From: Takakia lepidozioides
Taxonomy: Eukaryota > Plantae > Bryophyta
DNA length: 64,000 bases
NCBI GenBank assembly: GCA_030704615.1
Contig: CM060733.1
Coordinates: forward strand, 18,352,001 to 18,416,000
Reading direction: 5' to 3'
How positions within the stretch are numbered: position 1 is the first letter of the stretch; every line of letters starts with the position of its first letter. Below the pieces are notes generated by a model, which saw nothing but the letters and a program-made list of their open reading frames with translations, ran no database searches and was not told where the DNA came from. Of this stretch, positions 23,151 to 36,001 are shown one piece after another. The translations under genes and the position numbers were made by a program.

Positions 23151-25299
23151 TGATGATTAAGAAGAGTTGAAGGCTGGGTTAGCTCCACACAACACAAGAG
23201 ACATTGACTAAGGGCCGAACTCACAACCGAATTCAGACAGTGACACCAGAGCAGTGTGGCTCATTGTACCGACCCCCATACCGAGACGCGAGGTACAAAC
23301 CCACCCAGTTGCCAGCAGGTCTGTCATGAAGAAACCAGATACCTCCACCGCGTTGAGGCTATGGTAAGTGAAATGACACAGATACCTCCATATTCACAGA
23401 CACAGATTCAGTCGTGGCAATTAGATATGCTACTGTGCATGTATCTGCATTCCAATCAGTGATAATGAACAGATACCTCCATATTCACAGACACAGATTC
23501 AGTCGATGGCAATTAGATATGCTACCCTTGTGCATGTATCTGCCATTCAAAATAAATGTACTCTTCTGTCCCCATGTAGTCACATCTCCATAAAAGCCAG
23601 AATGTGTGTCGATGGCGTTGAGTTCAATCCAGATTGTAAAACATTGGCACCCAGAAGTTGGGAAGTGACCCAGTCTGACACTTCACCATTCTACACTTCT
23701 AATATCTTCCAGTGTGCAACTATTAGTACTGATTTCATCGCTGGCAACCTGCAGTAATATCCCTATATCAAAAAAATCCATACCCACATCCTTGGGCCTT
23801 TGTCTAGCTTCAACTACAACAATATATTGCCACATTTGGCATACATCTACGCCAGGGCAATATCCAGACTGATATTGGTACAATTCACGCTTTGATCCTG
23901 TCATTCTTTGCCCCTTTGTAGAGTTGTAGACGGGGTGGCATCATAGCAATATCCTGCAAACCTGGCCCTGTGCATCTTCACCCCTTCTACCACTTTGAAT
24001 CGCTCGCATCTGTTTTCGCCAGTGAGTGGTCAGATTGTTGAGAGACCTGTAAGACCATCCAGTGGAACATCAGTTGGCTTGCTCCCCACCCCCTCTCTAG
24101 CTTGCAATTGAATCATAATTCTTATATATTTTTTTCTCTCATCTCCAGGAAAATGACAGCTATCACATTGCTGTACTACAATTCTGCCAAAATCTTACAA
24201 TGTCAGGGTATGGCTGTCATCATAGCCTCCACACCAATGTATGGATGTGTCATTCATGAGCAAACACTACCCCAAGTCTGCCTTCACCCTGCCCTAACCA
24301 CAAAACGAAATTAAAGAATTCCAGTCAACTGTGACCAACATGGGAGGTTTTTTGGTGGTTCAAAGCTATTTCACGAGTAAAAATACTTACACCACTGGTT
24401 GTGGTGGAAGACCTGCAATTATACCATATCGTACACATCGCTTACTTGTGGTGGCAATCTGCAATCCAATATCCACAAGCAGGCAGATTATTTCGTCTTG
24501 ACCAAGCTGTCATGGCAAGCCTATGGCATATCAGGAAAAGCAAAGCATTAGAGAGGTGAGTTCAAACAGTCGTGCAATCAGTTTTCAGCCCACTGAGCTA
24601 GTAAGGAATATACGACTTATGTGTCACACATTAGTGGAAAAATAAACTAACACCAACTTTCACATCCCTCATCCCATTAGAGCTTGCCAACTTCACTGCC
24701 TCCTGGAATCCCCTCCCCCCCGTGAAAAAGCAAGTATAAAGCAAATTCCAGAGAGACATGTTTCCAGTGATATATGTCTCGCTAGTAGTTGTTGAGACAC
24801 AAGGCTCTTCGCTTTGCCCAAAACTCAATCAAATATGAGTGTTGAATTGGGGGGTATGACACACAATCCTGCAATCCAGCAACTTCTCACGGTTTAGAAA
24901 AGACCTTTCAAAAATGAAAGAGAAGGAAGAGATTTTGAAGGGAACTATGTGGTTCGGCTGGATAAATGGGGGCAGCTTGGCATCAGATGGGCCTTGGGTG
25001 CTGCCTACAGGTGAAACAGAGAATATGGCATGCTACTGGAGGCATATCCATCGCATATCAATCCTCTCGTCCACAACTGAAAGACCTCTAGAGCTGGCAC
25101 CAGCAAAAATCTATATTTCTCATCTAGGCCATCATCATGCCAAAGTTAAATTTGCCCTACCTCTCTTGACATAAGATGCCTCTATTCTCACTGTGGAATC
25201 CAAAGTAAATTTGCCCCTACCTCTCTTGACATAAGATGCCTCTATTCTCACTGTGGATTAGAAACGGGAGAAACTGTGGATTAGAAACGGGAGAAGAAT

Positions 25300-25560
25300 G
25301 CCTATAATTACTTGTAGGGCCTCCCTCCTATGACAACCATGCTGGGCATATCCTGCAATCATTGCATTCCAAGACACCACATCTTGTTCGGCCATATCAT
25401 CGAACACTCCCTTGTCATCCTTGATGCTACCACATTCAAAATACATGTCCACCCAGGTGTAGAGTTTAGAACAAATACCTCTCGTACTATTCCCATTTTG
25501 AGGCTGTCCAATTTTAGGGCTACCAAGCTCGCACATTCATTGCAACGCAACCAATTGTGA
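25300..25560 (-). pseudogene. PLS-class PPR fragment
   Basis: VDMYFECGSIKDDKGVFDDMAEQDVVSWNAMIAGYAQHG. Confidence 0.85.
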
Positions 25561-25899
25561 CTTGTCGGCTTCAACATCACTAAAAGAACTCATTGTATAG
25601 TCGAATACCAATGTCATGAAGGGGGGAATATCAAATTGTACACTTGAAGACTGCAAACAGGGACGACGATTACAAGTCAATTCGAAGTCTGCAAACTGCT
25701 GCATGACTCAATGAAGTATGCTACTTACTATTCGTGATATTTGCCCACGCCACTACATAGTGAAACTGCAAACTGCAAACTGCTTCGAGCTCCAAGTCCA
25801 ATATTTTGCCAATATCAAATGGACACATGTTCACATATGACAAATGCTTCGTTAAAGATAGATGGATGAGGTCATCCAATGGATGAATCCATTCATGTA

Positions 25900-26276
25900 T
25901 GCGCCTTAAGATGCCACGTGTAGTGATGTAATCATAGAAACAGAGATGTGAAACCTCCAGTAGTCATGTAGTCATAAGCTATATGGCATGTCATCAATGT
26001 GTAGTAGTGGGTGTAGTCATTTAGTCATAAGCTTACGTGGCACGTGTCTGACGTGTAGTATTGCGTATGACTACTAGTTATATAAAACACGCTATGTTCT
26101 TGGTCAACACTGTTTGACGCGGGCTCCTAGTCATGTAGTAAAACGTATGACTACATAGATTAAAATATATTAAAATTCGCCCGACAATGGTTTCATCACT
26201 TCGTAGTCACACATATAGTCATGATTACCAAGGTTTATATCACCCGTAGTCATAAAAATGTTAATCTGTAGTAGTG
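25900..26276. mobile_element. CACTA terminus with GTAGTCAT/ATGACTAC subterminal repeats
   Basis: Ends TCTGTAGTAGTG at 26276 (reverse complement CACTACTACAGA); partner end not found. Confidence 0.65.
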
Positions 26277-27624
26277 CAATGCTGCTGCGGCTTCAAGCTG
26301 ATTATCTATCCATGCAGGTTTCTTGTATCTATCCTTCCATAGGGAATCATAGGTAATCTGGAGCTTGAAATTTGGAGCTTGTCCTTGACCTTGTGTCATG
26401 ACCGATGAGGATTTGACCGACCATCAACCCAAAAGGACCTCTTGTGTTTGCTGCTTGTGTCTTGTAGTCAGATAATGTCGGATTGGTCTGTGAGAACCAC
26501 CACGGTGCAGCTAAGCAGGCAGAGATTGAGACACGACCTGCTACGACCAAGCTGACTCTCCCAAGAACCTTGTAAACATTAGCAAATCAGGGTACTAACA
26601 GGAGGCAAGAGCCTGCATTTGCAGAATGGTCAAACTTCTTCACATCGTCCCTTAAGAAAACGCCACACCTTGCGATTGCAGTTGTCCCACAATCATGAAG
26701 GATCTGCTCCGTGCTGCAAATTCAGGGCCGAGTCTGATGAGAGGGCAAAACAGGCTGAAATAGGTCGAAGAAAAGGGTGCCCTCACCACGTTGTCCTTGA
26801 CATTGTGTCATGACCCATGGAGGATTTGACCTCCCATCAACCCACAAGGACCTCTGATGGGCTCAGTCTGATGAGAGGGAAAAACAGGCTGAAACAGGTC
26901 AAACCAGAAGGTGCCCTCAGGCTGAAATGTGTTGAAGAAGGTACCTTCATCAGCAGTGCCTTGCTCTATCAATTGCACTGTTGCCGATGCTGTTTCCAAT
27001 TGACCATCTACCCATATTGTCCCACCATTGACTGGGGTCAGAAAAGTGTCTAATTCTCCCCTCCCTCCACACTCTATTATCTGTTTGTAGGTACTTTCCT
27101 GCTGTCACCTCAGCAGTAACTTGCAAAGTCACTCCAAACACCACCATATCACCCCAACGAGCTAACTTACATAATTCAATATGCAAATTCAGGGCCTAGT
27201 CTGATGAGAGGGCAAAACCGGATGAAATAGGTCGAAGAAGAAGGTGCCCTCACCACAAATGTGCTGAAGAATGCACCTTCATCAGTAGTGCCTTGCTCTA
27301 TCATTTGCCGCTGCTGTTTCTAGTTGACCATCCACCCACAATGTCCCACCATTGACTGGGTCAGAAAAATGTCTCATTCCAAAGATCCTCTTCATCTCTG
27401 TAATCTGTTTCTCTAGTCTCTAGAATCCATTCAAGTGGGGGTGCTTAAGGAGTGTATGTCAGCATGCTCCAAAACAGCCCAATGTGGCGTTTGGGGTGAG
27501 TTTGGCATTCAGTCCTTAAGCTCCCGACGAGATGAATTCAAAGTCAATGGTGGGGTCAGCTACAACATATGTCCAACAACAAATATCCTAAGTTAAACGA
27601 CTCTATATCGTGGAAACAGGACCG

Positions 27625-28701
27625 TGTTAGAGGACTGTCGGGGACTTAGACACTTATACGGGATCTGTAGGGTACCCTTAATTTTTGCACAGACTGAGAC
27701 CAACGGAGCCTTAGGGGGTGACAGCAGCGCACAGTAGAGAGGGGGTTACACGCCCGTCACAGTCAGTCACAGCCGACACAGCCAACACAGCCCGTCACAG
27801 TCGTCATTTACAAGCGTCACAAGCCGACACAGCCAACACAGCCCGTCACAGTCGTCACAACCGACACAGCCGACATCAGCCCGGCACAAGCACACACCAG
27901 TCACCGACCTACACAGCAAACACATACACAGCAAACACAGACACAGCCGACATCACACGCCCGGCACAGCCACACAGCCAGTCACCGTCCCTACACAGCC
28001 AACACAGTCGCACAGCCAGTCACAGCCCGTCACAGTTTCACACAGCCAGTCACAGCTTGACACAGCTGTCAACGATCATAGGGAACGAAGAGTAGGACAG
28101 GGAACGACTGTGGGGAACAACACCTGCGAAGGGAACATGTTATTTCACAGACACGGTTAGTGAGGGAAACGGTTTGGGGCGGAGAACGCGGAGAGGAAGA
28201 TAAAGGGAGAAACGGGAATTGAGGGAAATCATTCGGAGGAGGACTTTCTTGGTGATAGAGGAGAGGGGATCGGGAGATAATGGGACGGAAGTGAGATAGA
28301 GAGATGATGAGTAGATGCTTGATATAGGCAAGGCTGTAATGATATTGTAGAGCAGATTAGAGACACAAATGGCTTCGGCTGATACCTGATAAATCATAAT
28401 CGGATACTTTTACGATACAATCACACTGTGTAGAGAGATCTGAGTGAAGCTGTGAAATGAATGGATGAGCTGATGGAATCCATAGATTGATAAAGCAAAC
28501 TGATACTTAATTATCAATGGTAAGATAGCTAACATGAATCCAAAAGGAAACAAATATAGGAAACACCCCCATGATACCCTAGCTGTAGGTCAACGACTGA
28601 TTGTTCTGCGCGGGCTGAGTACTTAGAGATTTCCAACTCTTCTATCTTGGAGTTTCCGCCTCGAATAGCGAAGGGATGGGTGAGTAAAAGCCGCGCGAAC
28701 A
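27625..28701 (+). repeat. 5' LTR (contains CACAGCC minisatellite)
   Basis: Direct repeat of 40007-41001. Confidence 0.95.
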
Positions 28702-28703
28702 TT

Positions 28704-28721
28704 TGGCGACCATACTGGGGA
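28704..28721 (+). promoter_or_regulatory. tRNA primer-binding site TGGCGACCATACTGGGGA
   Basis: TGG start 2 nt after the LTR. Resembles tRNA-Arg/Asp PBSs of Tat/Athila elements; the tRNA identity is unverified. Confidence 0.75.
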
Positions 28722-30149
28722 CCTGGGACATGAATAACCAGATGTGACAGGCATCTGGTGGGATCATGGTGGTTGGACCATTAAAGAATTTGAAGTGAAT
28801 CAAATTCCCCTGTGGACGAAGGAAGAAAGATTGTCCAAACAATTCTTTCAAAGGTTCTTGGAATTGCCCTCGGTTGTAAAGAAAATATTCTTAAGCGAGT
28901 GCATGATGCTGATGATCCGAATGGGGTCTGGAGAAAGGAGAGTGATAAAGATTTCTCAGGTATCCTGTAGAGGAAGAGCACGTTGGTTACCAACTTGGTT
29001 TATGTGATAGCATTGCTATCCATTAAACGGTAGAGTTTGAAGCTGGGAAGAAAGGAAGGTGAATGTTTATACTCATATGCATGAAGAGCTGGTACTCTGT
29101 AAGAATTGATTCCAAAGGATATTTATGGATCAAACTCACACCAAGAACAGCTTTCAGACTTGTTTGCCATATGGTTATATGGTAACGGAGACTTCAGTCT
29201 AAAGCCAAGGGTGCATTGAAGCTTGAAAGAAACCCAGGCATATACGAGAGATATTACAGAAGAGGTTTTTGGTATTGCCACATTAAGAAATGAAAGACAT
29301 GGTACATGAGTGATGAAAGAGAGCTAGACGACAGATATATTCAGCAAAAAGAAACGCTAATCTGAAAGCTAATTATCCATATCTTTTGGGAGAGAGGAAT
29401 AGACATAGGGGAATCATCTGGACCTCTCACACCATCAAAATCAAAGAGTGCATCACTATACCGAAGAACTAGAGTTGGATGCCACTTCCTTCTGTTTCTT
29501 TGCAAGAAAATTACTTGTATTGGTACATAAGAAGATCAATCACGAGGTGAAAGATCTGAGGTACCTCTTGGTAACGACTAGACAGAAATCTTTTATAAGA
29601 GTTTGGCATGGAACACCAAAAGCAGGACTCCAGTTTCTGAAGCAAAAGATGAAGAAGGAGAAGAGGTGTGGCAGCACCACCTGAGAGTTCCCAGCCTCTC
29701 CAACACCATTACATTTGAGTTACATGGTGAAAAAGAAAACCAAGGGCATAACTTGGAGGATGAAAACATATAGAAGAAATTAGAGAGGAAGAATATGAAG
29801 AAGTAGACCCCAACAGCTGAGGTTGAGACTACAACCGACATCCCAACCCGTGGACCTGGATCAAGTGGAGCACTTGGATCACCGGCAACGAAGGTGTCGG
29901 CTCAGGGGGATCAGGCGGGCCTGCCCTGGATCTGGCTCTGGGGACAGGGAGTGTGGGAAGTAGTGCAACTGAGGCTGGGAATAACTGTGAATATCGTGGG
30001 CCCAGAAGCAAGGAGTGCTCAATGGCCACCACTGGTCCACAAAAACAACAGGTCCAGAAGGACCAGCACCAGCAAGGGTGCCAGCACCTTCATGGGCATC
30101 ATAAGGTAGGGCCACAGATGGCGTTACAAACCAACACGGGCAAAAACCA

Positions 30150-32682
30150 CCCTTCCAATCAATTTCATGAAAAGGGTATCCCGATGTACACTTAATTACC
30201 AATTTGAGCACAATGCGTATATGAGTATATGAAGCACATGCGTATAGTGAACAATGAGAATGGCGATGATGCCAAGATGAGACTGTTTCCTTGTTCACTT
30301 ATCAAGAAAGCAAGTGAATGGTATGCAAGATTCCCTGATAATCATTTCCAAACCTGGAATGGCTTGAATACAACATTCGAAATAGGTTCAGGACAAGTAA
30401 AACTGAGGATGAAGTGTATGGAAGTTTACAACAGCTGAAGCAGAAGAAGCATGAAACTGTTGAAGAGTATATGGAGAAGATGGAATTGATGATGAAAAAG
30501 CTGGCTGCAGTACCAGCGCCCGGTTTACAGAAGACTTGGTTTGTGAGTGGATTAAGACCAGAGTTGCAAAAGAAAGTGGATATGTTACCCCATAATACAG
30601 TGGAGGAGGCATTTGAAACTGCGAACACAGAATTGGAGCAATTGGGAATGCTCAGCGAGAGAGAGAAAAGAAGATGAGGACTCTGAGGATGAGTCAGATG
30701 AAGAAGAAGAGCTGAAGAACTAAAAAAGAAAAGTAAGAGAAAGGAGAAGTTGAAGAGGGATAACTATGAAAAAAAATTGGAAGAAATCTTGAAGAAGTAT
30801 GCCACAGAGGCTGCAACACATTGGAGGAAGGGTGTATGGTGTGCAAAGTGCCAGAATGAAGGCCATACCACCACAGAATGCCACATGAAGGAGAAACACT
30901 TGTACTATCTGTAAAATGGATAACCATTCTACTGAGAATTGTTACTACAACAGAAGGACAGCTGCAAGAGAACCTAGGCAAGTAAGGGTGCATCAGGTGC
31001 AGCCCCAGCCAAGAAGAAACAATGATCAGGACCACTATGGTAGGTCTGGTGGTTATAACAATGGCATGGAAGGGAGAGGTAATTCAAGAGGGAATTACCA
31101 AGGAAATTCCAGAGGCAACTATCAGGGTAATCCAAGGGGGAATTACCAGCCCGGGAATCAGGATTATAGAAATAATCCAAGAACAGACCAAGGGCGAGGA
31201 CCCAATGGTGAAGAGCTATGTTACTATTGTAATCAGCCAGGACATCGCAAGGCAGCCTGTTCATTCTGGATAAGACACCAGAATGAGATGAGAGCTCCTG
31301 TGAATGAGGGCCCAGTGGTGGCAGCTCACATGGTTAGGCCATGTGTTGTACCAGAAGTAAGTACAATGATAGTAACAAGAAGTAAAGCCAAACTAATACC
31401 TCCAGTAGAAGAGGAAGAAGATGAGACTGGAAGTGGCAATGATATGCCTGAAGATGAAGAGACTTGGAAAGATGAGAAGGAACTGCACAAGGAAGTGGCA
31501 GATACTATAAGGGAAATGCAAAAGAGTACTGATATTCCTGTGGCAGATTCCTCTGATTCGGATGGAGAAAAAGAAGGGAGTGAGGAAGAAAGGAAAAAAG
31601 AAGATGCAGACATGCAAAGTAATGAAGAGACTTTGGCTGAAGTAATATGTCAGACCAAAGCAGAAATTACCATTGGACAGCTATTAGCTGTGGCACCTTA
31701 TTGTAGGCACAGGCTGTATCAAGCAATCAATCGAATTGCCCAAGAGACAGGAAACACAGACCTGAACAGCAAGGTGACCAGTTATAATGTGAAGCCGGAA
31801 GGGCGAGAAACAGTCATGGACTTTGATGATTCTATGCCAGTAATCCAATTGAGAATTGGAAGCACAGAACTAACTGATGTACTGATAGATGGTGGTTCTG
31901 GAGTAAATATCATGACAGACCAATTAAGGAAGAAGCTTGGTCTAAGTAACATGAAACCAGCCCCATTTACAGTAACAATGGCAGATCAAAGAAGTGTACA
32001 GCCATTGGGATTAATAAGAGGAGTTAAGATACAGATACAGAAAATGATCTTTATGATCACAGTAACTGTATTAAAAATGGATGAAGTCATGGAGGCTTAC
32101 TCCTTATTATTGGGACGTCCGTGGCTGAAACAGGCCAGGGTATTCCATGACTGGAATTCTCAGTTACTAACCGTGCATAATGGGATACACGAGATACAAA
32201 TTACCACAAAGAAATCTAGTAGATTACCTGCTACAAGAAGACCTCGAGGAGTCAGAGAGTATGACTGGAGAGGAGGACTGGATGAGGAGCAGGAAGCTAC
32301 CCTATTTGCTGCACACCCAGAGTGGGAGCAGGTTGCAGAGATGCGGCTGGAAAGCCTAAGTTGTTTGAGAGGTATCTGCTGTGGTGTAGTGACAGCAACA
32401 CCAACTGAAGAGGAAACCAGCATTTACCCATCACATTTCTATGAAGAAAGAGAAGGAGAAATAGAAATCCTAGAAGAACCAGCCACTGTGAGCTTACAGG
32501 ATGAAGTGGTGACTGGTTGGACAATCACAGCTGATGAGCAGGTGAGAGAAGTAAATGTGGGAACTAAAGAGGAACCGAGGATGGTGAAAGTAGGAGCTGA
32601 TTGGAGCCGGAATTCTTCGAAGAAGCTAAAAGCTTGTTCATCAAATACAGAGATGTATTTGCTTGGAGCTATGAGGATCTAA
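30150..32682 (+). pseudogene. gag: gag and protease of the Athila-like element
   Basis: RLFPCSL..ASEWY, LKQKKHETVEEY, FVSGLRPEL, CYYCNQPGHRKAAC, VLIDGGSGVNIM, LLLGRPWL. Frameshifts in the 5' part. Confidence 0.9.
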
Positions 32683-33911
32683 AAGGGATACCACCTGAAG
32701 TCTGTCAGCATAAGATTGAACTGGAACCAGGGTCAGTACCAATCAAGCAGGCGAGGTATAGAATGAATCCCAACTACGCACAGAAGGTTGGAGAAGAGAT
32801 AAAGAAGTTGGCTGAGGCTAAGTTTATATACCCAATAGAGTATACAACTTGGTTGTCACCCATTGTTATAGTTCCCAAGAAGAATGGCAAACTAAGAGTA
32901 TGTGTGAACTATAAGAAGCTGAATGCTTGTACGAAGAAAGATCCTTTCCCTTTGCCATTCACAGAAGCAGTATTAGACACTGTGGCAGGCCATGAGATGT
33001 ACTCATTCATGGATGGCTTCAGTGGTTATAATCAAGTGCAAGTGGCAGAAGAAGACCAAGGGAAAACAGCTTTCATCACAGACTGGGGGGCTTATGCATA
33101 CAAAGTCATGCCCTTTGGACTTTGTAATGCACCAGCGACCTTTCAGAGAGTGATAAGTGAATCTTTTCATGAGTATCTGGATGATTTCATGCAGGTATTC
33201 TTGGATGATTTCAGTGTGTACAGCTCTAAGAGTGAGCACTTGCATAAATTGGAGTTATGTTTGGCCAGATGCAGGATGAGAGGTCTGGGCCTGAATCCAG
33301 AGAAGTGTACTTTCTGTGTGAACTCAGGGGTGCTTCTGGGACACATTGTGTGTAAGAAGGGACTCCTTGTGGATCCCAGAAAGACAGAGTCCATTAAAGC
33401 CTCTCCACCACCAGTGAATGTTAAAAGTCTACGGAGATTCCTTGGGCAAACCAGTTATTACAGGAGATTTGTCAAAAGGTATGCACAAATAGCAGCACCA
33501 TTGAGCAAACTACTGAAGAAAGATGCAGTGTTTGCCTGGACAGCTGAATGTCAACAGGCATTTGAGGAACTTACACTGTCAGTAACAACTACACCTGTGC
33601 TGATTAACCCTCACTGGCATGTAGTATTCCATGTTCACTGCGATGCATCAGGAGAAGCGTTGGGAGCGGTGTTAGCCCAGAATGTTACAGGGAATATAGA
33701 TTCACCTGTGTACTATGCTAGCCGGTTGATGAACAGTGCTGAGAGGAACTATAGCACAACGGAAAGAGAAGCATTGGCAATGATCTATGCAGTGAAGAAA
33801 TTCAGGCATTACCTGTTGGGCAAGAAGTTTATGTTCTATGTGGATCACCAGGCTCTGATATACCTGGTAAACAAACCTCTGATAAGCGGAAGAATAGCAA
33901 GATGGTTATAA
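32601..33911 (+). CDS. pol: reverse transcriptase and RNase H
   Basis: KKNGKLRVCVNY, DGFSGYNQV, MPFGLCNAPATFQR, FLDDF, HCDASG, NYSTTERE. Confidence 0.95.
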   Translation: MEPEFFEEAKSLFIKYRDVFAWSYEDLKGIPPEVCQHKIELEPGSVPIKQARYRMNPNYAQKVGEEIKKLAEAKFIYPIEYTTWLSPIVIVPKKNGKLRVCVNYKKLNACTKKDPFPLPFTEAVLDTVAGHEMYSFMDGFSGYNQVQVAEEDQGKTAFITDWGAYAYKVMPFGLCNAPATFQRVISESFHEYLDDFMQVFLDDFSVYSSKSEHLHKLELCLARCRMRGLGLNPEKCTFCVNSGVLLGHIVCKKGLLVDPRKTESIKASPPPVNVKSLRRFLGQTSYYRRFVKRYAQIAAPLSKLLKKDAVFAWTAECQQAFEELTLSVTTTPVLINPHWHVVFHVHCDASGEALGAVLAQNVTGNIDSPVYYASRLMNSAERNYSTTEREALAMIYAVKKFRHYLLGKKFMFYVDHQALIYLVNKPLISGRIARWL

Positions 33912-34015
33912 TCTTGCACGAGTTTGAGTTCGAGGTTGTTTACAAGCCTGGAGACTGCATCTTGTGGCGGATCATTTGTCACGATTGTCAACAGGAGAAC
34001 CAGCCACAGGAATAG

Positions 34016-35308
34016 ATGATCAATTACCAGATGCGAGTCTTTTGCAGTGGAGGTGCAGGAAGTGCAGATGACTGGTTAGATTGGCAGTGGCCAATCAGAT
34101 ACTACCTTGCTCATGGTCAGTGCCCACCTAGTTATGGTAAGGAGCAGAGGAAGAGAATCGCTATCAAAGCTTTACCTTATACTATGGTAGGAAGCAGAAT
34201 GTATAAGTTAGGACCTGATGGAGTACTAAAACGATGCTTGTACCACCATGAAGTAAATAAAGTTTTGGCGGAAGTTCATAAAGGAGTGGCTGGAGGTCAT
34301 TTTGGAGAAGAGACTACCAGTAGAAAGATACTACTCGCAGGATACTGGTGGCCTACTTTGTTCAAAGATGTACACGAGTATTGTCAGAAGTGTGATGAAT
34401 GTCAGAGGCTAGGACCTTTGCAGAGATCTGGAAGGATGGCCTTGCATCCTACAATGCCTACGGAACCATTTCAGAAATGGGGACTAGACTTTGTTGGACC
34501 AATTAACCCACCATCCAAGAATACACGAAACAGGTACATAATTACAGCCACTGATTATACTACAAAGTGGGTGGAAGCTAAAGCTTTGAGGGACAACACA
34601 GCCAAGTCCACAGCAAGGTTCCTGTACGAGAACATACTTACACGATTTGGCTGTCCCTTAGAATTTATCAGTGATCAAGGAAGTCACTTCATGAATGAGA
34701 CCATTGAGTTGTTGACTAAAGAGTTTATGATTGTGCATAGAAAGAGTACAACATATTACCCACAGGGTAATGGGCAGGCAGAGGCTACCAACAAAATACT
34801 ATGTACTATCTTGGCTAAGATAGTCAATGCAAACAGAACGGATTGGGATACAAAGCTGCTGACAGCTTTGTGGTCATACAGGACTTCATATAAAGTCACC
34901 ACTAAGTATACACCATTCCAATTAGTTTATGGTATGGAAGCCTTACTTCCAGTGGAATTCCTGTTACCTACCATGAGAACGGAGTGGGGAAAAAGAATGG
35001 AATTGCAAGACTCCATCAAGGTCAGGAAACATGAATTATACCATGTGGAAGAAGTACGTGCTGATGCAGCTGATAATATGACCAGAATTCAGATGAAGCG
35101 AAAGGAACAGTTTGATGAAGGCAAGTTAAAGACTTTTAAGACGGGGATTTGGTTCTATGGTTGCAGAAGAAAGGAAAGATTCAAGCTTCTAAGCTTAAAT
35201 CACCATGGAAAGGACCTTATGTCATACAAAAGATGTATGATAACAACACCGCCATGTTACAAACCATTAACAAAGAAATGCTGGGAAGAGTCAATGCAAA
35301 TAAGTTGA
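34016..35308 (+). CDS. integrase
   Basis: H...GGHF...GYWWP...CDECQR, WGLDFVGP, SDQGSHF, PQGNGQAE. The GPY module is in the overlapping ORF 35149-35925. Confidence 0.93.
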   Translation: MINYQMRVFCSGGAGSADDWLDWQWPIRYYLAHGQCPPSYGKEQRKRIAIKALPYTMVGSRMYKLGPDGVLKRCLYHHEVNKVLAEVHKGVAGGHFGEETTSRKILLAGYWWPTLFKDVHEYCQKCDECQRLGPLQRSGRMALHPTMPTEPFQKWGLDFVGPINPPSKNTRNRYIITATDYTTKWVEAKALRDNTAKSTARFLYENILTRFGCPLEFISDQGSHFMNETIELLTKEFMIVHRKSTTYYPQGNGQAEATNKILCTILAKIVNANRTDWDTKLLTALWSYRTSYKVTTKYTPFQLVYGMEALLPVEFLLPTMRTEWGKRMELQDSIKVRKHELYHVEEVRADAADNMTRIQMKRKEQFDEGKLKTFKTGIWFYGCRRKERFKLLSLNHHGKDLMSYKRCMITTPPCYKPLTKKCWEESMQIS

Positions 35309-35457
35309 AGGGGTACAGTGGTATCCATGACAAACCCTTGCAGCATGATTTGCATGTTGAACCGCAAGAGCAGTCACGGGCTGCACCAGTGTTACGAACG
35401 GAGTATGGAGCACTTGTCGCTAGGCCCAGCATATATGACCAGGGTGGGCAAAACAAA

Positions 35458-35730
35458 CGTGACACAGCCTATCACAGCCCATCACGACGTGACACAGCCT
35501 ATCACAGCCCATCACGGCGCAACACAGCCTATCACAGCCCATCACGACGTGACACAGCCTATCACAGCCCATCACAACGTGACACAGCCTATCACAGCCC
35601 AGCACGGCGCAACACAGCCTATCACAACCTACCACAGCGTGTCACAGCCTATCACAGCTTACCACAGTGCATCACAGCCTATCACAGCGTAACACAGTAT
35701 GACACAGCCTGTCACAGCTCAACACAGCCT
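35458..35730 (+). repeat. 30-bp tandem repeat (about 9 units) in frame after integrase
   Basis: GACACAGCCTATCACAGCCCATCACGACGT units encoding (R)DTAYHSPSR. Confidence 0.9.
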
Positions 35731-36001
35731 ACTAAAGTTACACGATCCATAGAATCAGTGACAAGTGGACACATAATAACTTCAGGAAAATGGCTGACGG
35801 AAGAGGAAACGGAAATTACTTTAAAAATAGACACGTGGAGGTCAGGGCGCGACACACAGCCGAGAAGAAGTGCAAGAACAGGTGTCAAAAAGAAAGAGGA
35901 CAAGAACGGCCGTCAAAAGGGATGAAAGGCGGGCCCATTAATGAGTACGGAAAAAGGGAAACGGAACGAACGGCAAGTACAGAAAAGCGAATTCTTGTCA
36001 C

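Noticed and set aside
25141-25257. Local two-copy duplications (also about 23379-23550 and 46206-46330)
   Set aside because: Ordinary slippage or repair duplications with no further structure.
28060-28072. ACAGCTGT palindrome in the Athila-like LTRs resembling the G-family junction
   Set aside because: It arises from the CACAGC minisatellite, and that element has normal LTRs with a 5-bp TSD.
32601-32682. Programmed frameshift between protease and RT
   Set aside because: No clear slippery site; similar single-base indels are common nearby, so mutation or sequencing error is more likely.
35458-35730. CRISPR-like array
   Set aside because: Units are head-to-tail without unique spacers, in a eukaryotic context.
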